The position numbers were made by a program, and so were the translations under genes. This document shows positions 50,364 through 63,620 of a stretch of DNA of 64,000 nt, piece after piece. The notes below the pieces were generated by a model, which worked only from the letters and a program-made list of their open reading frames with translations, was not told the origin of the DNA and ran no database searches. Source of the DNA: Neoconidiobolus thromboides FSU 785 (taxonomy: Eukaryota; Fungi; Entomophthoromycota); NCBI GenBank assembly GCA_025603075.1, contig MU626262.1, forward strand, positions 197,136-261,135, in the 5' to 3' direction. Positions within the stretch are counted from its first letter, which is position 1, and each line of letters begins with the position of its first letter.

Positions 50364-52638
50364 ATGTCTAGGGATTTATATGACAGAGAGAGGAACGAAA
50401 CCTATTTAAACTCAAACTCAACTAATTATCAAGAAGATGAAAGGTTCCCTACCGGACTTAAAGAAAGGACGAATGAAATGACCATAGGGTCGCCGCGTGC
50501 TAGATCAAATTCGACTTCTAGATCCTCATCAAAAGTACGGTTTAATGACAATTGTTATCACTCAAACTCAAACCCGTCTATAAGGGCAAACGAAAACCAA
50601 GACTACAACCCTCATCCTCATGATGGAAATAGTTATCAAAACGAGCATACAGCTGCTTACAGAAGGTATAAAAGCCGCAGCCGTAGTCTAAGTCGATCAA
50701 AAAGTCCAATTGCTCATCACCCAGGATTAAGTTACCCAACCGGAGATACCGCTGATCCAGTTGATCAAACTGAACCAACCACACATTCTAGGGAAGGGCT
50801 TAGAGAAAATAGGAATGATAGAGACGATTGGTATTATAATAAACAAAGAGGTTGGGATGATCGAGACGTAGCATATAGGAGTAGAGACTACCTTGAAAGT
50901 AATCCCGGTTATCGTTCTAGGTCTCATAGACACGAGGATGACTTGTCACCAGGAGAAAGGGAGTATAGTAGAGATTACCACTATTCTAGGGGGAGGCGTA
51001 AACCTTATTTTGATCATTATGCTGGCTCAGGCTATCACGGGTTGGATAGGAGGAGAGAAAGAGACAGCTACCCTTCTAGATTTGACAGCAGACCTAGGTT
51101 TAATCGTTTCCGACCCAGAGAATACAGATGGGACTATGGTGATTCAAGGGGAAGGGCTCGAAATAGAAGTAGAGAATACTCTCGAAGGGATCACAGCCCT
51201 TCGCCTAGATACTATGGCCGAGAAAGCATACAAAGTCCAGGTAATTTGATAGTTCGTCATTTATAATAATTTTTAAAGATAACTAGATAGTGGATATGGA
51301 AGAGGATTTGATCCTAGGGAAAGAGAGTTAGACAGAGAGCTTCAATTAAGATATGGCGATAAATTTGGGAGAGATTTTTCAAGGGCAGAATCAAGATCAC
51401 CAACTCGCTCAGCTGTTAAACCACAGATGTTGGCAAGATCAAGGTCACAATCTCCATTAAGTTCGGGTAAATCAGAAGAAGGAGCACTGACACCTTCACC
51501 TAAACCACTATCACCATTGAATAATGAGACTGCAACAAATGGTATTGAAAATAAGTTTAAGGAAATGAGCATTGAAAATGGCCCCAGTAAAGACGGTTTT
51601 TCTCAAGCAAAAAGCGTAGGGAATATCGACTCTCAGGAAAAGAATGATGTTATTAAAGTGGAGGAAAATAATTTGTCGTATTCAAGAGAATCTTTACAAG
51701 ATGAAATAAAATCTAGTCATGATTCTAAGACTTTTGTAAGAGAAGAAGAAATCACTGTATCATTTGTATCAAACACAACCCCCGCAGAATCTTTAAATAC
51801 AGTTGTTGAATCAACTACAAATGATTATTTTCAGGCTCAGGCTGAAAATCAAAATATGCTGTTACATAATTCAACTCAAACTTTAGAAGCACCTTATTAT
51901 ATTCGACATCTTAACAGGGAACCAACTGAGAGCGTCAAAAGTGACCAGAACCTTCATCTGAATGAGTCGTTTAATTTACCTGAGAGACAAGAAGCCTATG
52001 AAAATAACAAAACATCAGATTCTCCGTTTCAAAGTAATGCGCCTCATTGGCATAATCCGCCATCTCAAAGTGACAAGCCTGAAACTTTGCTGCCTCAGCC
52101 ACCGACTATGATGCCTAATCTTCACCATCAGCCTATTAATAACTTGAACCTAATAAACTCAGTCAACCTACCTAAAAGCAATCCGTTCCGCTCAGCCAAA
52201 CCAGTGATTTCGCACCCTATACCTGTCCGCAAAGAACCTTTAAGAGAAAAGCCACGACCAGATTGGACACCTCCTAATCCACGATTTGGGTCGAGTGAAC
52301 ATCGACCCAATACCTGGAACTCAGCACCAAGGTCTTCGCCCATTACCCATGGCTTCACTAGAGGTCCTTTTCCACGAAGGCCTTCAAGGGCAGTTAATCG
52401 ACGTAAACCGGATTTCTTATTGGAATACGAATGCCAGCTGTATCCTCACCCATGGCCTGAAGAAATCAACAATGAGTTCTTAATGCGTCGACAGGAACTT
52501 GTTAAAGTTGGTAGAGCGAATATTGATATTTTAACGGATCTAGCACGTACTCAGTTTGAACTGGAATTATTGGAGTTGGAGGTGTTTAGGTTGGAAAGTG
52601 CCTTGCAAACTAAAGAACTAAAGGAAGCTTTGGATTGA
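50364..52638 (+). CDS. Arg/Ser/Asp-rich disordered protein with a short C-terminal helical/coiled-coil domain, 1 intron
   Basis: ORF 50277-51266 joins ORF 51427-52638 in frame via intron 51241-51286; RSRSLSRSKSP and RD/RE repeats; family not recognised. Confidence 0.7.
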
Positions 52639-53078
52639 ATTTGAAAAGAGAATATGATTATAACGGATTGAGTATTAAGAGATTAGTGTTTTTTATAATT
52701 GTTTGCTAGTGATATGTGGTTTAGTTTTTAGTTTAACTTGAATAAAAACTTTGCTATATTATAATGTTTTTGGTTTGTCTAATGATTTTTATATAGCTGT
52801 TTGTCGTGATGTAGGTTTATGATAAGTAGCAATATTAAATACGAATAATAGTTTAAGTTGAAAGAGTGTATAATCATCAATGATGTTTATTTGACACTAT
52901 AGAATAATTGATTTTCTTATATAGATTTTTGTGGATTAAAAAACTAAAAAGTATGAATTTATTTAAGCCAATTAAACTTGCCTTATCTACAACCTATTTC
53001 TACGTAATAGTTAAAAAAACCTAACTTCAACTTTAAATTTCTAATTTTTTGAGGTTTAATATATTTTTATCTACTATC

Positions 53079-56000
53079 ATGAGTTTATTACAATCTCTAC
53101 ATAGTACCTCTCTTTCAAAAGATAATTTGACAAAATCACCTCCACCTATACAGCCTAATGTAATCATAAAGGCAAAGTATCCGGATTACCTATGTGATTA
53201 TGATTCAACTAATAATTTCCAATCCCGTGGGGAGTATACCAACTTATTTATTAATCCCAGTAGTTTGTTGATGAATTACCAATCTCTGTTGAGTGCTCAT
53301 CCGAACTACTTAAGGTTTAATTCACATCCTAATGATATCAGTAGATCCATCCAAAACAATAATAATTCAGACAAAGACAATAAAGAAGTAGGAAATGGAA
53401 TTTTAAGTTTAATACAGATTAAAGAGAATTTAGAAATAACAGTGGATAAAGTGTTCTTTTCTGATTTAAATTTAGATGGAAGTTGTTTGGCAGTGGTGGG
53501 GGATGCGGATGGGAAGGTTAGGTTTTTTAAGCTAGAGATTAAAGAAAGTGAGATTGAGGTGAGAGTTTTATATAATAACTTTTCTTTGCAAGTTTTTTTT
53601 TAAAAAAAAGATGATTGGATATTGATTTTAATGTTAACATTTTTTTAAAAAGGTAGATAATTATACTGTTGGTATTATAAGTTCAAAAATATCTAGTTGT
53701 GTATTCATTAAATGTCAAACAGAAGGTTTTCAAGGGTTGGAAAATTTAGCCGTAGTTATGGGTTTACAGAATGGGTAATTTATAATAATAATGTTTTTGT
53801 TTTTAAAGATAACGTAATTAATTTACATATATTTAAAGCGACTTAATCAAATGGGATATCAATGATGCAAGAATTGTGACAAGTCAGAGTTTGGATATGG
53901 AGATTGTCTCATTGCAAGCAGCTGGAAATAATGATTCTCATATTTTAGTAAGGGGCTTGACAAAGACTTGGCTACTGAAGAGTGATACTTTGGAGGTAAG
54001 TGAATATATTGTGTATAGCTATAATTAATAAAATGGATAGTTTTTAATAGATGTAACTAAATATAGTGGGTATAGTAAGGTGTTTTCGTTACCTATTGGA
54101 GATCATACCGTAGATGAAATGCCCTCGGTTTTTATAGCAGAAGATGGTAGAGTAGCTATCGGTACTGTTAATCTAAATTCAGTGAATGGTAGTATTGGAG
54201 TAGATGATCATATAACGGATACTATTATTAATGTAAAATACCATTTACATTTAAAGAATTTCATGGCCATTGGGTGTGACTTTATGAGTTTTCCTTTAAA
54301 AGAAAACGAAGATGTATTATTTGAAGAAACAAACGATTATTTATTGGTTATTTATTCAAAGGAGGAGTATTTGGTAATTTTAAAAAAATGTTTTATATGT
54401 CATAATTTTTTATAATTATTTTAGATATTAAGAACAGAAGATTTTAATAAAATCACTCCAATTAGTTCAATAATAAGATTCAAAAGTAACGATAAAAAGG
54501 AAAACAACAAAATAGCCAACATGGTATTTTTAAATAATAAGTATTTAATGATTTATGATTTATTCAATGTCCCGTTTTTGTATAAAATTAATAAAGATGG
54601 CAATATTAACCACAAAAATGATTTATTAAATAAAAGTATTCAATCGCGCTTATATGACGATATTTTGTGTGTAATTCAACCAAAGAATAAAACACTAAAT
54701 AGCAGTTTTATACTAAATGTAAAGGTACAACAAAATAAACTGACATTTGAGGGCTGTTATCTGGAGTCTATGATTGAAGATGATAAAATGGAACCGGTTA
54801 TTGGGGAATATTCGAATAATAATATAGAAAAAGGACAAAGTCAACTTGTGTCTACTTTCATGACCCCGGTAACTTTAGGTAAAGAATCTTGTATCAGTGA
54901 TTGGCTGGCTAAAGGGTATGAGGATGGTAGGATACTATTATCACCATTGTATAGGCTATTTGATCAGCTTATAAGTTCAAAGGATAATAATAATAACGGC
55001 GATGATAAATATGAAATAGAAAATGAAACTACTAAATGGTTGATAGGACATACAGCTCCCATCACTTGGCTGTTAGAGCCTGCGCCCAGTCGATTGAATA
55101 CCAAATTATTCCTATTGTCGGGGGATGCGATTGGTATGGTAAAGCTATGGGAATTAAGCACAGGTGTTTGTTTAGCTACATTTAATTGTCATAATTGTGG
55201 TGTGATTAAAATGTTTCAATTACCTTTACCAAGAGGAGAGAAAAGTAAAAATGAAGAACCTAAAAGTAAGATGGATAGATTGAGGATTTCACAGCTTGTA
55301 TTTACGATTGGAAGTAATTATTCTATTGCTGTATTGGATTTAAAAAGGATGATTTGTTTAGGAAAAATTGAAAATAGCTTGAGCCCAATTTATAAAGTGG
55401 TTTATTATTCTTTGCCATATTCTGGATTTATGGTGGTTTATAATAGCGGTAGCTTTTCAAATTGGAAGATTGAAGCAGATAGTATTTGTAGAGAAAAAAA
55501 CCAAACAGTTTTGGATAAATTTCAGTTTCCATTTCAATTAAATGAAGATGTATGGGATTGTGGTATACTTTTGAATGACAAAATCTCAAAAAACCTAAAG
55601 ACTACGACATCTATTTTTTCGTATACCATTAATTCAATTACAAAGGAATATCCTTTATTAAGAGTGTTTGAGATCGATTTAAGGAAGTTGGCACATGATT
55701 TTAATAATGATACAACGCCTTCAATACGGTTTTTTACAGGAATTACATTAATTTACCCTAATTTGAAAGAAAATTCGGATAGAAAAAACAAAATGCTGGG
55801 GTATTCTTCTGCTTCGATATTAAGGCAGGACAAAGCAAATTTTCTAGATAATAACCAACAGCAAGAGGAAAAGATTAACATAGCTGAGCATTTAATGAAG
55901 TTTATTTATTCTTATTTAACATCTTCAACGAATCAAACGGTTTTCAATAATTTTTTAGAAGAAGAGAAATTGAATCAATACAACAATAACCCTTGCTTAA

Positions 56001-57670
56001 GATTGGTTATTAAGGGACCAAATGACACTTTATCTTTTTTAAATTGTAAAAGTGTCTATTGCAGCAACCATGATGATAAGAGGATATGGACAACCTCACC
56101 TTATTATACCTCTATACGTTTATTACCCATATTGAGCATGGCTAAATTTGTGCTATCAAAAGACGGTAGTGAAAGTAAGATTATTGAAGTTATAACGAAT
56201 TATGGCTCTTTATTAAAAGAGAGTATTGGGGATCAGTTTCAATTTCCATCGTTAGAATATTTAATTCAGTATTGGGCAGATGTTGATACTGAAATTCAAC
56301 ATGCAGCTAGATCATTGTTTTTATCGAGTTTTATACAATTATCAAGTGAAACTAAGTTTCAAATTTTGTTTTATTACGAATCTTTTTTACCCGAAATTTT
56401 ACCTGAAGATTTGATTTATTCCAAACACGCTATTTCAGCTACTCTCATTTTGGCAACGATTTTGAGTGAACATCCTACACTTATAGATAACTCTCATTCT
56501 AGGCAACTCATTTCTCAAGCTTTAGAATGGATTTTATCCTATCATGCCAATTTGAACTATAGAAAAATAGCTGTCAATATTTTAACTAGATCTTTCTCAC
56601 AATTCGAACCTTATGTGGATGGTATCTTTATATTAAAATGTGTTTATGAAATGATTAACAATCCCAGTAACACCTTAAGAGAAGCAGCTTATCAAGCGAT
56701 ATTACAAATAGCTATATCTAACCCAATATTGTTGATATCTTCATTCGGATTAACAAAGGAAATAGAAGAGCTAAAATCAATATTAAAATTGATACCTTAT
56801 TTTATAAAAAAGAAAAAGTCGTTGTTGTTTAATTATATTGCTCCAACAGTAGAAGTTATATTAAAAGCATTAAATCCAAAGGAACTGGATAGAAATCAAC
56901 ACCTTTTACCACTAGCTACTCAAGCTATCCATGACCTAGTGACTAATTATGGTATGGTAGATTTTCACAGTGAAACTCAAAGATTAGCAGTTGGATTAAG
57001 GGAAGGCGCAGCTATTATTTATGATGTACGTACATGTACTAGGTATCTTGTATTGGAAGGCTATATGACACCCATCACATCTTTATGCTTTTCACCAGAT
57101 GGCAAATTATTGGCTACTTTTTCATTGATGGAGCAGGTGCTAAAAGTGTGGCATACTTCTGCTGGGCTGTTTAGTATGCTGACAAAATCATTAAGATCCG
57201 TCACCCCTAATCAATTGAGTAATTTTGGGGGGAATGGAAGAGAGGATAGTAGATACAATCATTCCCCTCCATCATTAGCCTCTATGTTTTCAATGGAAAA
57301 TGAAAGGCTCAAAAGTTCATCAGTCTCAGCACCTACTTCAGGAAGAAGTTCACCATTTAATACTTTGCCAGCTGGGTTTCAACCAACAAGTATGAAAAAT
57401 GTGAACTCAAATACATTAATGCCACCACCTAGCGTAACTTCAGGGTTTTTAAGTACATCACCAGCACCGTATAGAACATTCAATGTTAAAATGGAAGAGG
57501 AGGAACAGTGTCCAAGTAAGTTTTACTAATGAAGATAACGGATTTAGTTATTGATTACTTTCTATTTAGTTTCCCCAACAACGATTATGCAGTCAGCAGA
57601 GTTGATGTTTACTGGGCCTAGATCGATTAAATTGATAATCAATGGGTTGGAGTTGTGTTTTAATATCTAG
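53079..57670 (+). CDS. WDR7: WD40 protein WDR7/WDR72 (rabconnectin-3 beta) homolog, multi-exon
   Basis: Central WD40 repeats (LIGHTAPITWL, LATFNCH). C-terminal GMVDFHSETQRLAVGLREGAAIIYDVRT...LEGY..ITSLCFSPDGKLLATFS matches the WDR7 C-terminus. Confidence 0.82.
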
Positions 57671-58305
57671 AAAAAGACCTAAGCGGAATAAGACTAGGAT
57701 GGAGTTTACAGCTAATATGCGAATTAGTGGAATGAGTGAGGAGAACAACTAAAATTAAGGTTTCTACAGTACCAAGATAAATCGTCCTAAAAACTGAAGC
57801 ACTCGTTTTTGAGTGTTCATTTCTCAATAAATAATAAATAAAAAAAGGCTCTTTTTTATTATATTTAAATACCATGTTAATATACATATTAAGTATCACT
57901 TTTATAGCTTTCATATTGAATTAACTATAACACCTAAAATCAATACTAACATATTGGCATTGGGCATTTTTTGGGAAATTTGGACAGTGGGAATCATTAT
58001 AATTAATTGAAAGTAAAAAAGCTGCAAATTTGAACTGAGAATTAAGCACTAAATAATTCATAAATACCATTATTATCTTTTAAAAGGTAGCATCGTAAAA
58101 AACTCATATCTATAAAAAAGTAAGCTAAAAAGCTTATATGTAAAAAAAGTTTTTTCAATAATTTAAAATTTTACAATTAACAGTGAAATTTAAACAAAAT
58201 AAAATAAAATAAAATATAAAAATAAAAACAAAAAAAGTTTCGTAATGTTCAGCTTAATCTAGTAATCTAAGATAAAACATATAGCTTTTAAAATAAGCAA
58301 AATAT

Positions 58306-58403
58306 GGGGCTGTATTTTTGTGTTTAAGAATTTTACTAATAATTTTTCCGCCTAAATAGCGCTTAAAAATGGGAAAAATAATGAAGTCAAAAAAAACACT
58401 CCC
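58306..58403 (-). mobile_element. MITE family A copy
   Basis: GGGGCTGTATTTT...AAAACACTCCC; flanks ATAT/ATAT. Confidence 0.88.
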
Positions 58404-58524
58404 ATATAGTTATAGAACTTGGTTTATATTTAATTTAAGTTAGTAGCATATGGTATTTTCTAAATCTTGATAAAATACTTTATATAAATAATTTAATTAT
58501 TTCTGAAAAAATTTGTTATATAAG

Positions 58525-58541
58525 ATATGGGGATGTATTTA
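58525..58541. mobile_element. Solo MITE family A terminus
   Basis: ATATGGGGATGTATTT with no following body. Confidence 0.45.
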
Positions 58542-59137
58542 ATAGTTTATAAAAATCTTATAAAAACTTTTAGCCTCATAAAAAATCGATTTAAATCAAT
58601 TCAAATTCTAAAATTTTAAAATAAACATTTCATTTTGAAAAGACTTGAATACAACTAATGAAACAGTTGTTAGATCATATCATTGATATTATGATGATAT
58701 AGTAAAGTTTTGCTACTAATCCAATTTAAACGTAAGCTATATACCAATGATCCAGCTTAATTATATAGCTACTTTTAGACTACAACAAACTTAAGTGAGA
58801 TAAGCCTTGAATTGAATTAGTAATAACTAGGATAGTAATAAGGTTTTTAATATAATGAATATTTTAAATGTTGTATTCTAAAAATAACATTATGATCTTT
58901 AATAGCTCGGCACTTAATTGTTGAACCCTTCAGTAGATTAACGCGGAATGCTCTAGATATTTTTACATAAAATTATAGCCTAAAATATTAAATTTAATTC
59001 GCTTAATTATATTTTTAAAAAGGACCGAAGACTGACGAATAAATATTCTTATTAAAAAAGAGCCGAAAACTGACGAATATTCATATTTAAGCATAAAATG
59101 AGAGTGACAATACAGTTTTATTTATAATTAAAGGTGA

Positions 59138-60562
59138 CTAAGCTTTAATATCATCATGGAAAGGTTTTTTACCATTTAAATACAAATATTTTATAATAGC
59201 AACAAAAAAGAAGCCCAGAAAATATAATCCTATACCATAATAAATAAGATAGGAGTAATTCTGAGTTAAATCAAAAATAAGACCAGCTAAAGGAGGCCCA
59301 CCTAAATCACCAAGACCGGTTGGTGCATAAGCTAGCCCCATCATAGTAGAGAGATTCTCAACACCTAAAACAGAAAATTAGCGAATTATTTATATCTAAG
59401 TTTAGTATCTTACCAAAGAGCGCAGCACATGCGGTTGGGAAACCACCTGCAAAACCACCAGCAGGGAAACCGTATAAGATCGCAAATACAAGTAAGACTG
59501 GAAAGGTAAAAGCAAAGCGCCAAATAACTAAAATTAAAGTTGATAATAATAAGCATAATGTGTACACTTCAAAATGTCCAAATCTATCGCCAACAACACC
59601 AAGTACAATTCTACCGACAGCATTAGAAGTATTTAATATTGCAACCAAAATAGCGCCTTGACTTGCTGATAAACCAATGAAGGTAGAATATGGAGATATG
59701 AAATATAAAGGAACTAAATATCCAAAAGCAGCAAAGGTAGTTGAAAGACCAAAAAGGATAAATCTACCATTTAAAACCATTTCTTTTCTAAGAGGCGCCC
59801 TTTCCCTCTTAATATGTTTATCTTCGTTAAGGTACGGCTTAATAACAAGAGCTGAGAATGTTAAACAAGCCAAAAAAATAAAGGCATTGTATCTCAAAGT
59901 CCATTGGTATCCAGAATAAGGTAATAACTTGGCATTCAACAAACTAAACACCATACCACCAATACCCGAACCTGCAGTCCCGATCCCAGTAGCTAAACCA
60001 CGATGTTTATCGAACCAATGTGTTATAATCGTATTAGCTGGTACATAAACCAAGCCACCTCCCAATCCAAATATAAACCCTTGTGTAATAACTAAATGCC
60101 AAATCTGAATTCTATTAATATATATATCATTACTTTATGAAATCTATTTACCTCCGTTGAAAATGAAGCTAGTAAATAACTTAATGTTATAAGTGCAGCA
60201 CCTGAAAGTGCACATGCCCTAAAACCAAATATATCACATAATCTTCCAGTTATGATAGAAGCAAAAGCCATCGTAGTAGGGGCAATGGTCCCAATTAAAG
60301 ATATTTCCGAATATTTAGCACCTTTGAATACATTGGTATAATAAAATTCAACAAATACCCCAAAACCAGCGGCTACACCAAAAGAACAAGCTTGCATTAG
60401 GAAACTTGCAACAACTATTAGCCAACCATAACCTCCATCTGGTAATACTAATTTACCTTCGTCATGGTTGATAATATTACTATTATTATCTAAGTAAATA
60501 GTATCTTTATTATTAATTTTTGATGAAAAATCGTCTTCTATGATAATAGATTTTCTTTCCAT
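59138..60562 (-). CDS. MFS monocarboxylate porter family (MCT/Mch-like), paralog of 42565-43938, 2 introns
   Basis: PDGGYGWLIVVASF, GRLCDIFGFR, HWFDKHRGLATGIGTAGSGIGG, GRIVLGVVGDRFG. Confidence 0.88.
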
Positions 60563-62690
60563 TAAATAAATAAAACTTTAAAATATTTAAAAACAAAATA
60601 TTTGTCTAAAATTTCCTACCTTTATATATCCTTTTCTTATTCTTACTTGTGCTTGAAATAAAATTCTTATTTTTTTTATTGATTAAACCTTTATACATTT
60701 ATTATTCAATATTTGTAACTTTTAAAAAAATTCGAATAACCCCAAAATCCTCATATAGAATTTTAAATAAAGCAGTTCCTAAGAACAAATTAAGACTGGG
60801 TTTAATTGGTGATTTCTAAAATAACAATCAAGTTTTTTTTCAGGGAAATAATTTCGAAAACTCAATAATTTCTTGATTAAACAAAAAATGACCACACTTA
60901 AGTTTATTAGTATCATTTGGTTCAAATAAAAGGAGTTCGCTTTAATTGTTACGTATTTACACATCTCATTTAATTTTCCTATTTTTTTATTTTTGAACCT
61001 TGAAATCTAACCAAACATTTGCTTTCTATATTGAATCCCAACATGTAAGCTAATGTTGTTTTTAACAAGTAGGAAATACAAATTGTACTTATAACAAAAT
61101 AAAGTAAAACTGCTTAAATAAACTGATAATAATGGAATTTCAATTAATGATAACCATAGCTTGTTAATAAAAATATTATTTATCATTTCAATACAGTATT
61201 ATCTCTTGTTCTTTATTGTTTAAGCACTATCCTCAATGAAAATTTCATGTTAAATGGTTGAATTTTGTATAAATTATATACAACTTAACTTTTATATATT
61301 AAGAATAAATAATAAACCTCGGTTTATCTAATTTTTAAAAAGATTGTACAAAATCTCGATGATATTGTATTTCATTAAAGGGTTTAAAAATAATAAAAAC
61401 AAAAATTGTTTATAGTACAACTTCTAAAACCTTAATAATAATAGCATTAATCCAAAGGACGAAACCCTGGCTTATAGGCAATAAATGCTACATCTTATAA
61501 AATCCTTATAATAAATAACAGTTGTACAAGATAAAGTTTAAATTTAATATACTAAATTTATTGATTTAGCCTGAGAGTGTAGCTTAAAACTAGGCTAATT
61601 ACAAGCTATAAGCAAAATAATATTTAAGATAATTTAATATCAAGTTTAGGTCTTTATTATCCTTTATAAATTGTAATTTATAACCTGGTTAATATTCCTA
61701 TTTTTTGTATCAAAAGTAATCGAAATACCTCAATATATATGTCATTAGAAAAAAGAGTGTTTTATTTTAAAGTTTTGGGCTTTTACTGGAAAATGTTTTG
61801 TAAACTTATTATATATTTAATACTATTGTGGTGATTCCTTATGCAACATTCAGTTTTATTTATAAAAAAAACCCTGAAAAAGTTATTTAAAGCTTGTAAA
61901 TAGTTTATTCATGAGCGGAAAATTACAAAAACCTGGATAAAATAAAGAGCGAGGTAAGGAATGTACATTGGGAAAGAATTTATAGGGTAAAGAAAGGCTT
62001 TCTGGTTTGTGTTTCTGCTTTAGATTATGATAGGATGTATTGAGCTTATTTGATTTCAGTCTTGTTAATTTTAGTCATATACAAAATAGCTCAGCGGGTG
62101 TAGAAGGAGAGCTTAATATACTTAAATAGGATCATTTTGATAAAAAGATCATAACAAAGAATATTCACCCTTTCTGGAATGACCTGTAAAACTTTGAAAC
62201 GTAAAATGGATTACATTAGAAATTGGACTTTAATATGAAGCATGCTAGTAATACACGTTTAAAAGCTTGATTGAAGTTAAAAATATAAAATTATGATTAT
62301 ACTTTTTTGCCTATTTAATATTTAGTATAAATTTTAAAAACTATTAAAACTGAACAGAAAAACCCTCATGTTATTTTAAAATTAAGCGCAAAAGCAAAAA
62401 TTGTAGCACTTGGTGCTTAATTTATGATTTTTGCTAAAAATCAGAATTGGATAAAATTTTACCCAAAATTTTAAACTAACCCATATTTATTCAACATAGT
62501 TCAATATAAGCTCATCACAATAGTTGTTCCACTAAATATGATGGAAAAGCTATAAATCGAAGCGCTTATCCTTAAATGACAAAAATACTTACTTATTTTC
62601 GGTTATTTTTTATTAACATTTAAGGATTAAAATATTGGGCCTATCCTCAATAGCTATTGTATATTAAGATTATAGTAATTTTATAAAACC

Positions 62691-63620
62691 TTAGAATGTT
62701 AAATAAACAAAGATGCCATTTTAAGGCTTACACGATGAGCCTTTGGGGAAAGTCTGTGTCAAAATCTTACCATTTAAGCAGACGCTTGAGTTTTTTCCAT
62801 TAGAAGACAGCTTTCCATGTTCTGTACATGTGTTTTTATTTGAATTAGCTGGCTTAGTTTCTTAGACTGAAGGGGCTATTTCCTCTTTTTCGGTTTTTTC
62901 TCTTCTGGTCTATCTTTTTTAGAGCCCTCTTTCAATGAATTATCGAGTTTCTTTTGATTATTTTCTGTTAGAACACTTTGAGAATCATTTAGTGCAATAG
63001 TTTTAAATAGAGTATATTACATTTCAGATTTTTTATAATCATCCGTAGAATCTTTTAGGAAAACCTCATGACTTTCAAGGTTGGTTAATGCTAACTCATA
63101 CCTAGTAATACTCCCCCCTTTTTTACCATTTTTAATGGCAATATCTGCTCAATTCATGTAGTACTCACGTTTCCCAGATCTATTAATCCAAGCCCATGCA
63201 AATACTATAGCTCCAAATGGGACAGTAGCTGGAATAAGTATACCATAGCTTGACCTACTAGTCAAACAACTTTCATAGACGCTCTTCAATACTACTCAGT
63301 TTTTATGATCGTACGATACAGAAAATTGACAATGACTACCACTATGTGCAGCACTACTGCTGAGCTGCACAGAGGTACTTTCAGCAGCACTAACGTAATG
63401 ATATGGCAGACTCTTTGTATACCCACGGCAAGGATAAGGAAACTCAGTACCAATTGGAGTGGTATAGAAATAACCAAATTGTGGTCCAGGATAATTTTTT
63501 ATTATGCTTCGATTTTCTTGGAGGTGGAGTAATCACTCCGATACGAGAAACGACTTGGTGTACGACATCAAGGAAAGCTAAAGCGGTAGTTAACTTGGTT
63601 GAAATCATTTTAGATAACAT
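62691..63620 (-). pseudogene. AA11-type lytic polysaccharide monooxygenase pseudogene with a degenerate C-terminal Cys-rich (CBM19-like) module
   Basis: Signal peptide, then (R)IGVITPPPRKS, FPYPCRGY, SAAHSGSHCQFSVSYD, PFGAIVFAWAWINRSGKREYYMN*ADI. Lesions: frameshifts at 63495-63500 and about 63113-63118, TGA stops at 63296-63298 and 63149-63151. Confidence 0.75.

Noticed and set aside
50893-51249. 118-aa overlapping alternative-frame ORF in the RS-rich gene
   Set aside because: Expected by chance in purine-rich, higher-GC low-complexity coding sequence; no independent support
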